A program made the position numbers and the translations under genes. This document shows, piece after piece, positions 31,529 through 40,221 of a DNA stretch of 64,000 nt (positions are counted from its first letter, which is position 1; each line of letters starts with the position of its first letter). The notes under the pieces were generated by a model. That model saw only the letters and a list, made by a program, of their open reading frames with translations. It did no database searches and was not told the DNA's origin. The stretch spans positions 1,013-65,012 of the forward strand of contig JACOYH010000003.1 of the NCBI GenBank assembly GCA_016181965.1, given 5' to 3'. The stretch comes from Candidatus Nealsonbacteria bacterium. Lineage in GTDB: Bacteria; Patescibacteriota; Minisyncoccia; Minisyncoccales; MHMH01.

Positions 31529-32080
31529 ATGCCAACACCTTACCTTATTTTATTGATTGCCCTAGTCGGCGCCGCTTGGGTGATTTTAAGTTATAATCGC
31601 CTGATTGCCTTGCGCAATCGGACAAAAGAGGCGTGGTCGGACATCGATGTCCAGTTGAGAAGGAGATATGATCTGATCCCTAACTTAGTGGAAACAGTGA
31701 AGGGCTATGCCGCGCACGAGCGAGAACTTTTTGAAAAAGTAACAAATGCCAGAGCCCAAGCAATGCAAGCCACGGGAGTGAAAGAGAAAGAAGTCGCCGA
31801 AAATATGCTTTCCTCAACGCTAAAGTCGCTTTTCGCGGTAGCTGAAAATTATCCCGACCTCAAGGCGTCAACTAACTTTCTTGAACTTCAAAGGGAACTG
31901 CGCGATACCGAAGATAAAATTCAGGCAGCCCGCCGTTTTTACAACACAAACGTCAGGGATTTCAACACGAAAATTGAGAGTTTCCCCTCCAATCTCATAG
32001 CCAATATGTTTGGCTTCAAGCAGCGCGATTTTTTTGAGACGGATTCCGCGGCCAAGGAGCCCGTGGCAGTGAAGTTTTAA
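31529..32080 (+). CDS. lemA: LemA family membrane protein
   Basis: N-terminal TM helix, then YNRLIALRNR...W.DIDVQLRRRYDLIPNLV. The start at 31529 avoids overlap with groEL. Confidence 0.88.
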   Translation: MPTPYLILLIALVGAAWVILSYNRLIALRNRTKEAWSDIDVQLRRRYDLIPNLVETVKGYAAHERELFEKVTNARAQAMQATGVKEKEVAENMLSSTLKSLFAVAENYPDLKASTNFLELQRELRDTEDKIQAARRFYNTNVRDFNTKIESFPSNLIANMFGFKQRDFFETDSAAKEPVAVKF

Positions 32081-32085
32081 TTTAG

Positions 32086-32985
32086 ATGAACATCTATAAG
32101 CAAGCCGACTCCAATATAAGAAAGACATGGCTTTACATGCTTTCTTTTTTGGTTTTGCTGATTGCCCTCGGCTGGCTGATGTCTTATTATTTTCAAAGTC
32201 CGGGCATTCTTTACGCGGCCGTGGGCTTGAGCTTGTTTTTGAACATCGCTGCCTATTGGTTTTCTGACAAAATTGTTTTGTCTATGAGCGGGGCGAGGCC
32301 TATAGAAAAAAAAGACCACCCCGAGCTTTACCGTGTAGTTGAAAATCTGTGTATTACTGCCGGCTTGCCTTTGCCAAAAATTTACATTATTGAATCCAGC
32401 CAACCGAACGCTTTCGCCACCGGCCGCGATCCAAAACACGCAGTCGTGGCCATTACTCGCGGGTTGCTGGAAAAGCTGGAAAGAGCGGAGTTGGAGGGAG
32501 TTATTGCCCACGAGCTCTCGCATATCGGCAACCGCGATATGCTTTTGCAAACAGCCGTGGTGGTGATGGTGGGAGTTGTCGTGATTATGACCGATTTTTT
32601 CTTTAGAATCAGCTTGTTTGGAGGGATGAATCGCAGGGACAGAGAGGGCGGGCAATTGGGCGTTATTATGATTGCGGCGGCATTGGCCCTGGCGATTTTA
32701 GCGCCGCTCTTCGCTCAATTCATAAAGCTGGCGATTTCAAGAAAAAGAGAATATTTAGCCGACGCTTCAGGCGCGCTTTTAACTCGATATCCCGAGGGGC
32801 TGGCCCGGGCATTGGAAAAACTTCAGGCCGATTCCAGCCCGATGAAAAAAATCAACGACGCCACCTCGCATCTTTATATCGTTAATCCTTTTAAGGGAAA
32901 AGAAAGAACTTCTTGGCTGCACAAGCTTTTTGCTACGCACCCGCCCATAGAAGACAGAATTAAGGCCTTAAGAGCAATCGGTTAG
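32086..32985 (+). CDS. htpX: Zinc metalloprotease HtpX (M48)
   Basis: 299 aa with the HELSH zinc motif and 4 TM helices. The stop codon lies inside the REP-B-related palindrome. Confidence 0.92.
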   Translation: MNIYKQADSNIRKTWLYMLSFLVLLIALGWLMSYYFQSPGILYAAVGLSLFLNIAAYWFSDKIVLSMSGARPIEKKDHPELYRVVENLCITAGLPLPKIYIIESSQPNAFATGRDPKHAVVAITRGLLEKLERAELEGVIAHELSHIGNRDMLLQTAVVVMVGVVVIMTDFFFRISLFGGMNRRDREGGQLGVIMIAAALALAILAPLFAQFIKLAISRKREYLADASGALLTRYPEGLARALEKLQADSSPMKKINDATSHLYIVNPFKGKERTSWLHKLFATHPPIEDRIKALRAIG

Positions 32986-33002
32986 AGCCTGGCTCTAACC
33001 GA
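32978..33002. repeat. REP-B-related short palindrome (arms in swapped order)
   Basis: TCGGTTAGAGCC-T-GGCTCTAACCGA, with 12-nt arms that share the REP-B core. Confidence 0.85.
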
Positions 33003-33006
33003 ACCC

Positions 33007-33537
33007 ATGATTTGTCCAATCGATAAGAAACAATTAAAGAAAGCGCTTTTGGCGGAAACAGAAGTGGACTACTGCCCCAAGTGTTTGGGCTTGTGGTTTG
33101 AAGAAGATGAGCTGCGGCAGGCAAAAGATGTTAAAGACAGAAATCTGCGCTGGTTGGATATTGACCTCTGGAAAGACGAAGAAAAATTCAAAATTTCTCC
33201 AGGACGAAAACTTTGTCCCTCTTGCCGATTGCCGCTTTATGAGGCAAAATACGGTAGTTCCAATATCAGAGTTGATGTTTGCAATCTTTGCAAGGGCATA
33301 TGGCTAGACAGAGGAGAGTTCAAGAAAATAATCAGCTACTTAAAGAAAGAAGCCGATCAGGAAATTTTAGACCACTACCTTAAAAATTTGATAAATGAAT
33401 TCGGCGAAATACTGCAGGGTCCGGAAGTATTTCAAGAAGAATTGGAGGACTTCCTTATTGTTCTTAAAACGCTAAACTATAAATTGGCAGTCCAGTACCC
33501 GGCCATCGCCCGCATCATCGCCGGCTTGCCGAAGTGA
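33007..33537 (+). CDS. Zinc-ribbon (zf-TFIIB-like, two copies) protein
   Basis: 176 aa with two CP.C...W....EL and C..C...W.DRGEF modules. Confidence 0.55.
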   Translation: MICPIDKKQLKKALLAETEVDYCPKCLGLWFEEDELRQAKDVKDRNLRWLDIDLWKDEEKFKISPGRKLCPSCRLPLYEAKYGSSNIRVDVCNLCKGIWLDRGEFKKIISYLKKEADQEILDHYLKNLINEFGEILQGPEVFQEELEDFLIVLKTLNYKLAVQYPAIARIIAGLPK

Positions 33538-33549
33538 CACATATTATAT

Positions 33550-33639
33550 GGAGAGGTCGCATAGCGGTCTAGTGCGCCGCCTTGGAAAGGCGGTATGCCT
33601 TCACGGGCATCGAGGGTTCGAATCCCTCCCTCTCCGCCA
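33550..33639 (+). tRNA. tRNA-Ser (anticodon GGA), class II, CCA encoded
   Basis: Acceptor GGAGAGG/CCUCUCC, anticodon loop UUGGAAA, long variable arm, T-arm GAGGG-UUCGAAU-CCCUC. Confidence 0.93.
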
Positions 33640-33659
33640 GTTGGAATTTTTCATTTAGT

Positions 33660-33680
33660 GTGCGACACTCGGTGTCGCAC
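33660..33680. repeat. REP-C palindrome copy 1
   Basis: GTGCGACAC-TCG-GTGTCGCAC. A related copy lies at 49873-49893. Confidence 0.8.
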
Positions 33681-33683
33681 CAC

Positions 33684-33712
33684 TTGACAGATTTGATTTT
33701 TGGGTATATAAT
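33684..33712 (+). promoter_or_regulatory. Perfect consensus promoter TTGACA-17-TATAAT
   Basis: TTGACA at 33684-33689 and TATAAT at 33707-33712. Confidence 0.65.
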
Positions 33713-33742
33713 AGGGATATTAAAGTTCTTTAGGAGGCGGTC

Positions 33743-33952
33743 ATGGCTACGAATGTTTATACAGCGTTGCGGCACCAGAGGCCAAGCGGCATTCCCGTCG
33801 CTTTGGTGATGGCGGGATGTGATCGGAATCACCTTATCTTCGTCCGGGAGTTGGTCGATGCCGGCAGGGTGTCTGACTGGCGGTCGGGCGAGGGCCTGAC
33901 GGTGAGGGACAGCCGCATTGTCTCGCAAACCATAGCAATTGGGCGATCGTAA
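33743..33952 (+). CDS. Orphan 69-codon ORF with no recognisable family; it could instead be a structured ncRNA
   Basis: AGGAGG lies 6 nt before the ATG. By hand count the ORF is ~59% GC, with 9 Arg and 0 Lys. The stop codon sits in the loop of the terminator hairpin. Confidence 0.35.
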   Translation: MATNVYTALRHQRPSGIPVALVMAGCDRNHLIFVRELVDAGRVSDWRSGEGLTVRDSRIVSQTIAIGRS

Positions 33953-33964
33953 GATCGCCCTTTT
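33941..33964 (+). terminator. Rho-independent terminator
   Basis: GGGCGATC-GTAA-GATCGCCC followed by TTTT. Confidence 0.7.
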
Positions 33965-33995
33965 AATTTAAGGGGGACTTTGATACCATTAGATA

Positions 33996-35714
33996 ATGTT
34001 TTCTTCTCCGGTTGAGGAAATTAAGAGTCGGCTGGACATAGTCGAGGTTGTCGGCAGTTATGTCAAATTGCAGAAAGCCGGCGCCAACTTCCGGGCGGTC
34101 TGTCCTTTTCATACAGAAAAACAGCCGTCTTTTTTTGTTTCGCCGGCTCGCCAGTCGTGGCACTGCTTCGGGGGCTGCGGCGAGGGCGGAGATATGTTTA
34201 AGTTCGTGATGAAAATAGAGGGCGTGGAGTTCGGAGACGCCCTGCGCGCATTAGCCCAGAAAGCCGGGGTCGAATTAAAAAAACAAGACCCGGAGTCAGC
34301 TGTCTGGCGGACCGAAAGAAACCGGCTTTATGAAATTTGCGAATTAGCTTGCCGTTTTTTTGAAAAGCAACTCACCGAAAGCGCTATCGGCAAAGAAGCG
34401 CAAAAATATCTCACAGAAAGGGGAATCAGCCAAGAAAGTCTGAAGAAGTGGCGCGTTGGCTACGCGCCGGACGTTTGGCAGGGGCTTTCTGATTTTTTGA
34501 CTTCCTGCGGTTACAAGAAAGACGAAATTCAAAAAGCCGGTCTCGGACTGACTTCTGAAAAAGGTTCTTTTTTTGATCGTTTCCGGGGCAGAATAATTTT
34601 TCCGGTTTTCGATTTGAATTCGCAGGTTATTGGTTTCGGCGGCCGAGTGTTCAAGTCGGATGATCCTGCTAAATATGTTAATACGCCCAGCACTTTACTA
34701 TATGATAAAAGCAGGGTCCTTTATGGTTTAGATAAAGCCAAGATTGAAATAAGAAAGAAAGACGCCTGCATTTTGGTTGAAGGTTATGTTGACGCTATCA
34801 TGTGCTCGCAGGCCGGATTTGAAAATGTTGCGGCTGTTTCTGGCACCGCCCTAACCCCTTTTCAGCTTAGAATTCTGAAAAGATATTCCAATAATTTACT
34901 TACTGCATTTGATATGGATTTGGCGGGCGGTTCAGCTACCAAAAGAGGCATCGAAATGGCGAGAGCCCAGGGCTTCAATATTAAGGTGGCTGTCATGCCG
35001 CAGGGCAAAGACCCGGCAGATATTGTTGCAGAGGATTCACGACAGTGGGAAAAGATAGTTGCCGAAGCCAAGTCCATTCTGCAATTCTTTTTTGAAACCG
35101 CCTTGGCGCGCTTTGACGCAAAGACCCCGGAGGGCAAGCGGGAAATCTCAAGAGAACTTTTGCCGGCCATAAAACGAATTCCCAATAAAATTGAGAGATT
35201 TCATTGGGTGCAGGAATTGGCAAGAAAGCTTGGCGTAACGGAGCAGGTGGTGGAGGAAGAAATGGCACAGACCAAAATCGAACCGCAGCCCTATTATTTT
35301 TTAGAAGAACCCCATCCGCAATCGCCAGCCAAAAGAACGCGCAAGGATATTCTCGGCGAGAGAATTGTTTCATTGGTTCTCAAAGACAAGCAGACGCTGG
35401 AATTATTGAACGAAAATCATTATAATTATCTTGAGGCAAGATTGCGGGCGGTCTTGGACGATTTAAAGAACAATCAGCCGCACGCTCATGCTGAATTTGT
35501 TAATTATCTTGCTCTGCAGGCAGAGATGGAAGAGGGCCTGGATTGCCGTCAGGAAATCCAAACCTGTCTAAAAGAGCTGGAAAATTTGGAAATTAAAAAA
35601 AAGCTTGATGATATTTCACGCAAACTCAAGGCGGCAGAATATGAAAAAGACGCAGGGCGAGTGGATGTATTGATAAAAGAGTTTCATCAATTGTCTAATA
35701 AGTTAATAATATGA
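33996..35714 (+). CDS. dnaG: DNA primase
   Basis: 572 aa with zinc finger [13 protein letters not shown]...HCFGCG and the TOPRIM domain (EGYVDAI). Confidence 0.93.
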   Translation: MFSSPVEEIKSRLDIVEVVGSYVKLQKAGANFRAVCPFHTEKQPSFFVSPARQSWHCFGGCGEGGDMFKFVMKIEGVEFGDALRALAQKAGVELKKQDPESAVWRTERNRLYEICELACRFFEKQLTESAIGKEAQKYLTERGISQESLKKWRVGYAPDVWQGLSDFLTSCGYKKDEIQKAGLGLTSEKGSFFDRFRGRIIFPVFDLNSQVIGFGGRVFKSDDPAKYVNTPSTLLYDKSRVLYGLDKAKIEIRKKDACILVEGYVDAIMCSQAGFENVAAVSGTALTPFQLRILKRYSNNLLTAFDMDLAGGSATKRGIEMARAQGFNIKVAVMPQGKDPADIVAEDSRQWEKIVAEAKSILQFFFETALARFDAKTPEGKREISRELLPAIKRIPNKIERFHWVQELARKLGVTEQVVEEEMAQTKIEPQPYYFLEEPHPQSPAKRTRKDILGERIVSLVLKDKQTLELLNENHYNYLEARLRAVLDDLKNNQPHAHAEFVNYLALQAEMEEGLDCRQEIQTCLKELENLEIKKKLDDISRKLKAAEYEKDAGRVDVLIKEFHQLSNKLII

Positions 35715-36862
35715 AAAAAAAGAAGAAAACGACTCTGCCGAAGAAGAAAAAACCGGTAAAAAGAGGGGTGAAGAAAAAACCGCGGAAAGCAAAGCCAAAA
35801 AAGGGCAAGAAGGCGTTGGTCACGCCAGAAAAAATTGAAGGCCTGCTGCAGAGGGGCAAGCAAAGGGGCTTTGTTACCCACGCTGAAATATTGTATCTTT
35901 TCCCGGAAATAGAAAAAGACGTTTCTGGTTTGGAATATCTATATGATGAACTTGAGCACCGGGGCATTGAAGTGAAAGAGGTGGCCGGGCTTTTGGAGAT
36001 AGAGAAAGAAAAGGGTCCCAAGCCCATGGAGAGTGTGCTCGACCCGGTCCAGATGTATCTTAAAGAGATAGGGCAAGTTTCCTTTTTGACGGCCGAAGAA
36101 GAAAAAGAGCTGGCTCGGCAAATTGAGGCAGGGGACACGGAAGCCAAGAAAAAATTAGCCCGGGCCAACCTGCGGCTGGTGGTTTCAATCGCCAAAAAAT
36201 ATATCGGCCGTTCGCCAAATTTAACTTTACTGGATCTTATTCAGGAGGGTAACTTGGGACTGTTTAGAGCGGTAGAAAAATTTGATTGGCGAAGGGGTTA
36301 CAAATTTTCCACCTATGCCACTTGGTGGATCAGGCAGGCCATAACGAGGGCCTTGGCTGATCAGGCAAGAACTATTCGTATTCCGGTGCACATGGTGGAA
36401 ACAATTTCAAAATACACTCAAATTCGCAGGCGTCTGCTGCAGGATTTAGGCAGAGAGCCCTTGCCCGAAGAGATTGCAGCCGAAATGGGAATCGACGTTG
36501 ATAAAGTGCACCATATCCAAAAAATCTCGCAAGAAACCATATCTTTGGAAACACCGGTTGGCGAGGATGAGGAAGACAGCGTTTTGGCAGAATTTATTGA
36601 AGACGAAAAAGTCATCTCGCCCTCCATGGAGGCGGCTAGAACTTTGCTCAAAAATAGATTGGGAGACATTTTGATTGATTTAGCTCCGAGGGAGCAGAAA
36701 ATTTTGGGCATGAGATTCGGCTTGGAAGACGGCATCACTCATACCCTTGAAGAGGTAGGGAAAGAATTCGGCGTAACGCGAGAGAGGATTCGGCAGATAG
36801 AAGCCAAGGCCTTGGATAGGATTAGGGAACACCGCTCTTTGAAAAAATTGCAGGGATATTAA
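35711..36862 (+). CDS. rpoD: RNA polymerase sigma factor RpoD (sigma-70) with a lysine-rich N-terminus
   Basis: 383 aa with regions 1.2-4.2 ([58 protein letters not shown]). Confidence 0.95.
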   Translation: MKKKKKTTLPKKKKPVKRGVKKKPRKAKPKKGKKALVTPEKIEGLLQRGKQRGFVTHAEILYLFPEIEKDVSGLEYLYDELEHRGIEVKEVAGLLEIEKEKGPKPMESVLDPVQMYLKEIGQVSFLTAEEEKELARQIEAGDTEAKKKLARANLRLVVSIAKKYIGRSPNLTLLDLIQEGNLGLFRAVEKFDWRRGYKFSTYATWWIRQAITRALADQARTIRIPVHMVETISKYTQIRRRLLQDLGREPLPEEIAAEMGIDVDKVHHIQKISQETISLETPVGEDEEDSVLAEFIEDEKVISPSMEAARTLLKNRLGDILIDLAPREQKILGMRFGLEDGITHTLEEVGKEFGVTRERIRQIEAKALDRIREHRSLKKLQGY

Positions 36863-36885
36863 AATCTGCTATAGTATCAAGGTAT

Positions 36886-36960
36886 TCCCCTGTAGCTCAA
36901 TGGTAGAGCATCTCGCTGTTAACGAGAGGGTTGTAGGTTCGAATCCTACCGGGGGAGCCA
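36886..36960 (+). tRNA. tRNA-Asn (anticodon GUU), CCA encoded
   Basis: Acceptor UCCCCUG/CGGGGGA, anticodon loop CUGUUAA, T-arm GUAGG-UUCGAAU-CCUAC. Confidence 0.93.
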
Positions 36961-36983
36961 TATGGTAAGTAACTCTCGTAGGC

Positions 36984-37021
36984 GTTAAGCGACTCCCGAA
37001 GTCGCTTAACATCGCTTAACA
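36984..37021 (+). repeat. 11-bp hairpin plus a 10-nt tandem duplication just 3' of tRNA-Asn
   Basis: GTTAAGCGACT-CCCGA-AGTCGCTTAAC, then TCGCTTAACA repeated (37002-37011 and 37012-37021). Confidence 0.7.
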
Positions 37022-37116
37022 TTTCAAGCCTTACCGGTCTTGCCTGAAATAAAATCAGATGATATTCTTAAAGAAGGGTCGTATTTTATTATAATTTAAA
37101 CGTTTAAATTAAAATC

Positions 37117-38304
37117 ATGACAATAAAATTACGAGTTATCGCAGATTCCTTGCTTATTCTGGCTCTTGTCTTTAGTTTGGGCGGATTCGGCGGACTTGCA
37201 ACAGAGGCAGCCGGTCAGCCGGAACGAGTAATCGTAACCTTTGACCATGCGGTCAACGAGAGCGCTCGCATTGCCCTTGAGAATGCCGGTGGCAAAATAC
37301 TCAAAGAACTTCCGCTTGTAAACGGCGCAGTTGTGCTTTTGCCGAATGAGGTGGCCGCATCTAATATCGGTATTTTGGCAGGCGTTCGCTCCGTTGAAAA
37401 AGATGCGCTGGTCTTTGCTTTGAAGCCGCCATCGAAGGGAGGCGGTTCCACTCAACCAGCAGAAGTACTTGAGTGGGGCGTTGACCGGATTGACGCTGAT
37501 CTTGCTTGGGCAACCAGTAGGGGATCAGGCGTTAATGTGGCAATCATTGACACCGGCATTGATAAAGACCATGCTGATTTGATTGGTAACCTTAAAGGCG
37601 GCGTGAATTTTGTTTCGAAATCGCCGGTAAAACCAGCAGACCCAAATAAGTGGGACGATGACAACGGACACGGAACACATGTCGCCGGTATTGTCGCCGC
37701 AGCAGATAACGAAATCGGAATCATTGGCACAGCGCCCGAAGCAAACCTTTGGGCGGTGAAAGTTCTTGATCGCAATGGGTCGGGGTATGTCAGCGATGTT
37801 ATTGACGGCATTAATTGGGCTGTTGATAACGGTATGCAGGTCGTGAATATGAGTTTGGGTTCTGGAAGCGATGTGCAAGCTCTGCATGACGCGGTTGATG
37901 CCGCCTATGCCGCCGGCGTTGTGCTCATTGCCGCAGCCGGAAATTCTGGCGACGGCGACGGCTCTACAAATGAGGTGATTTATCCTGCAAAATATTCTTC
38001 AGTGATTGCTGTCGCGGCCACTGCTTCTGACGACTCTACTCCAACTTGGAGTTCGGAAGGCGAGGAAGTAGAGCTTGCCGCACCGGGCGTAAGTATTCGC
38101 TCAACTTGGAATGACGGCCTTTATAACACCATCAGCGGAACTTCTATGGCTTCACCGCATGTTTCCGGAGTTGTTGCCTTGATACTGGAAGATAGCGTTT
38201 TGAGTCCGACCGAAGTGCGCGCAATGCTTCAAGCGACCGCAGATGATCTGGGAGCCGAAGGGCATGACAACTTTTATGGATATGGATTAGTTGACGCGGA
38301 GTAG
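37117..38304 (+). CDS. Secreted subtilisin-like serine protease (S8)
   Basis: 395 aa. Signal/TM peptide and catalytic triad blocks AIIDTGI (Asp), HGTHVAGI (His) and GTSMASPHVSG (Ser). Confidence 0.9.
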   Translation: MTIKLRVIADSLLILALVFSLGGFGGLATEAAGQPERVIVTFDHAVNESARIALENAGGKILKELPLVNGAVVLLPNEVAASNIGILAGVRSVEKDALVFALKPPSKGGGSTQPAEVLEWGVDRIDADLAWATSRGSGVNVAIIDTGIDKDHADLIGNLKGGVNFVSKSPVKPADPNKWDDDNGHGTHVAGIVAAADNEIGIIGTAPEANLWAVKVLDRNGSGYVSDVIDGINWAVDNGMQVVNMSLGSGSDVQALHDAVDAAYAAGVVLIAAAGNSGDGDGSTNEVIYPAKYSSVIAVAATASDDSTPTWSSEGEEVELAAPGVSIRSTWNDGLYNTISGTSMASPHVSGVVALILEDSVLSPTEVRAMLQATADDLGAEGHDNFYGYGLVDAE

Positions 38305-38311
38305 TGAGCGG

Positions 38312-38336
38312 GAAAAAGGGGTCAGGTCCCTTTTTC
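38312..38336. repeat. REP-D left copy
   Basis: GAAAAAGGGGTCAGGTCCCTTTTTC: stem AAAAAGGG/CCCTTTTT, loop GTCAGGT. Confidence 0.8.
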
Positions 38337-38368
38337 TTCTAGATTAAATATGCTATATTGGCTGTATT

Positions 38369-39049
38369 ATGCCTCGATCTCCCAGAATAATTGATGATGA
38401 TGCTATATATCACATCTTGAATCGCGCAAATGGGAGAATGCGTATTTTTGATGACAAAAAAGACTATTTTGCGTTCGAAAAGATTATCATCGAAGCAAAA
38501 AATAAATATCCGGTCGGGATTTTATCTTTTTGTATAATGCCAAACCATTGGCATTTTGTTTTACAACCCAAAAACGGCAAAGATCTAGTCTCCTTTATGC
38601 GCTGGGTAACGCTTACTCATACTCAGAGATGGCTGATAAGTAAAAATATGAAAGGATATGGACACATCTATCAGGGGAGGTATAAATCATTTCCAGTTCA
38701 AAATGATGAACATTTTTTGCAGGTATGTCGGTACGTAGAACGGAATGCCCTACGAGCCCGATTAATAGATAAAGCAGAAGATTGGAGATGGGGGAGCGCT
38801 TGGATTAGGAAGTACGGAAACAAAGAACAAAAAGAACTATTATCGGAATGGCCGGTACGCCTCAATAACGACTACCTTGCCGCATTGAATCAAAAAGACG
38901 ATAATGAGTCAGAGGTATTAAAAGATTTACGCGAATCCGTTAATAGGGGTAAACCGTTTGGATCGGATAACTGGGTTAAGGAAATTGCAAGAAAGCTTAA
39001 CATCGGATCAACATTAAATTTAAAGGGAAGACCAAGAAAAGGGACCTGA
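38369..39049 (+). CDS. IS200/IS605-like Y1 (HUH) transposase, RAYT type
   Basis: 226 aa. AIYHILNRANG, HUH motif MPNHWHFVL, and Tyr motif CRYVERNALRARL...W.WGS. Confidence 0.7.
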   Translation: MPRSPRIIDDDAIYHILNRANGRMRIFDDKKDYFAFEKIIIEAKNKYPVGILSFCIMPNHWHFVLQPKNGKDLVSFMRWVTLTHTQRWLISKNMKGYGHIYQGRYKSFPVQNDEHFLQVCRYVERNALRARLIDKAEDWRWGSAWIRKYGNKEQKELLSEWPVRLNNDYLAALNQKDDNESEVLKDLRESVNRGKPFGSDNWVKEIARKLNIGSTLNLKGRPRKGT

Positions 39050-39058
39050 CCCCTTTTC
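39036..39058. repeat. REP-D right copy (inverted)
   Basis: GAAAAGGGACCTGACCCCTTTTC. The RAYT stop codon TGA lies in its loop. Confidence 0.8.
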
Positions 39059-39079
39059 CTTTCATGATAAAATATATTT

Positions 39080-39463
39080 ATGAATAATCGCAAAATTATC
39101 GAGTGGGTTTTAAAGATTGCCGTCGCCGGCGAGTTTATAGGGCACGGCGTTTTCGCGTTGCAAGGAAAGAAAGCGTGGGTTGACTGGTTTTCTACTTTTG
39201 GGATTTCAGATGTCGGAACAGCAACTCAATTTTTATTTCTTATCGGGATCATAGACCTCACGTTAGCAATTTTAATTCTTATCAGACCTATCCGTATTGT
39301 TTTGCTCTGGATGGCTTTTTGGGGTTTTTGGACAGCATTGGTGCGTCCATTAGTGGGCGAACCAGTTTGGGATTTTGTAGAACGATGGGCTAATTGGGGA
39401 GCGCCGCTTGCGTTGCTTCTACTGATGGGTTTTCCTAAAACCATAAAAGAATGGCTTAAATAA
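39080..39463 (+). CDS. Small 4-TM membrane protein (DoxX-like, uncertain)
   Basis: 127 aa and hydrophobic. No diagnostic motif. Confidence 0.5.
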   Translation: MNNRKIIEWVLKIAVAGEFIGHGVFALQGKKAWVDWFSTFGISDVGTATQFLFLIGIIDLTLAILILIRPIRIVLLWMAFWGFWTALVRPLVGEPVWDFVERWANWGAPLALLLLMGFPKTIKEWLK

Positions 39464-39605
39464 CTATAACTATACGGATAAACATTGGCATCATAAAAAC
39501 AGAATAGTCACAAGAGCAACACTCGCGCATAGGCCAAATCACGATCTAAACGTTGCTACGGCCCATTTCGGCAATGAAATAAAGAGAAGGGTTCCTTGGA
39601 TTCTC

Positions 39606-40079
39606 TTGAGCGTAGTGGCTGGAATCGTGATGGTTTGGCTTGGCTCAACCTATGAAGATGTTTTATCCAGGAAAATAGAGTTGGTATTTTTCATTCCGAT
39701 GATTGTTTATATGAGCGATAGCATCGGGACAGAGACCTTGGCGCTTTTTGTCAGGGAATTAGCTTTAAGGCGGCTGAATCTGAAACGCATCATCCTGAAA
39801 GAAATTTTGGTTGGCCTTTTTCTGGGATTCGCCAGCGGATTTCCAATGGGAGTATTCAGCTATTTTTGGTTAAGGGACGTCTCTCTATCTGCAACCGTGG
39901 CAATCGCCATGATGGTCAATGGCATAATCGCTGTGTTGATAGGTATGCTTCTGCCTATTATTTTTGCAAAACTCAAGAGAGATCCGGCATTGGGAACCGA
40001 TGAGATTACCACCGCCCTATCGGATAATTTAAGCATGCTTATTTATTTGGTTGTGGCAACGCTCATTTTGTTTCGGTGA
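39606..40079 (+). CDS. MgtE-family divalent-cation transporter, transmembrane domain only (possibly a 5'-truncated remnant)
   Basis: TM-domain similarity (IPMIVYMSDSIGTETLALFVRELAL, ...DEITTALSDNLSMLIY). The frame is open from 39447 and encodes the RRVPWILL-type start of the domain, but has no ATG/GTG before the TTG at 39606. No cytosolic N or CBS domains. Confidence 0.5.
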   Translation: MSVVAGIVMVWLGSTYEDVLSRKIELVFFIPMIVYMSDSIGTETLALFVRELALRRLNLKRIILKEILVGLFLGFASGFPMGVFSYFWLRDVSLSATVAIAMMVNGIIAVLIGMLLPIIFAKLKRDPALGTDEITTALSDNLSMLIYLVVATLILFR

Positions 40080-40085
40080 TTTCGC

Positions 40086-40113
40086 TTGACAGCTTTTTAT
40101 GGAGATTTATAAT
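40086..40113 (+). promoter_or_regulatory. Consensus promoter TTGACA-16-TATAAT
   Basis: TTGACA at 40086-40091 and TATAAT at 40108-40113. Confidence 0.6.
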
Positions 40114-40119
40114 TAAATC

Positions 40120-40221
40120 GGATTCAACGCGCCATATTTTTCCGAAGGCCTCCGGAGGGCGTTCTCTGGAAGGGCCGGAAGAAAATACGGATACAGTTCA
40201 TTAAGAAAGGAGGAAAAACGA
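40120..40221 (+). promoter_or_regulatory. Candidate structured 5' leader (class unknown)
   Basis: GC-rich ~100 nt with local hairpins (UCUGG-AAGGG-CCGGA). CCUCC (40159-40163) is complementary to the SD GGAGG (40209-40213). Confidence 0.3.

Larger units (their letters stand above)
38312..39058 (+). mobile_element. Second RAYT-type transposase gene flanked by inverted copies of a 21-nt hairpin (REP-D)
   Basis: The left copy 38312-38336 and the right copy 39036-39058 are exact reverse complements across AAAAGGGGTCAGGTCCCTTTT. Confidence 0.55.

Noticed and set aside
33569-33928. 119-aa minus-strand ORF
   Set aside because: It runs antisense through tRNA-Ser and through the promoter/SD of the plus-strand unit, and it has no start signals. 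I consider it spurious.
33716-33964. RNase P RNA, SRP RNA, 6S RNA or tmRNA in the GC-rich unit after tRNA-Ser
   Set aside because: I looked for GAGGAAAGUCC / ACAGAA..CCGGCUUA (RNase P), the GNAR-tetraloop helix-8 motif with AGCAGCC (SRP), and GGGG...CCACCA ends (tmRNA). None is present. Only vague partial similarities exist (AGGAGGCGGUCAUGGCUAC, ACAGCC). The identity stays unresolved.
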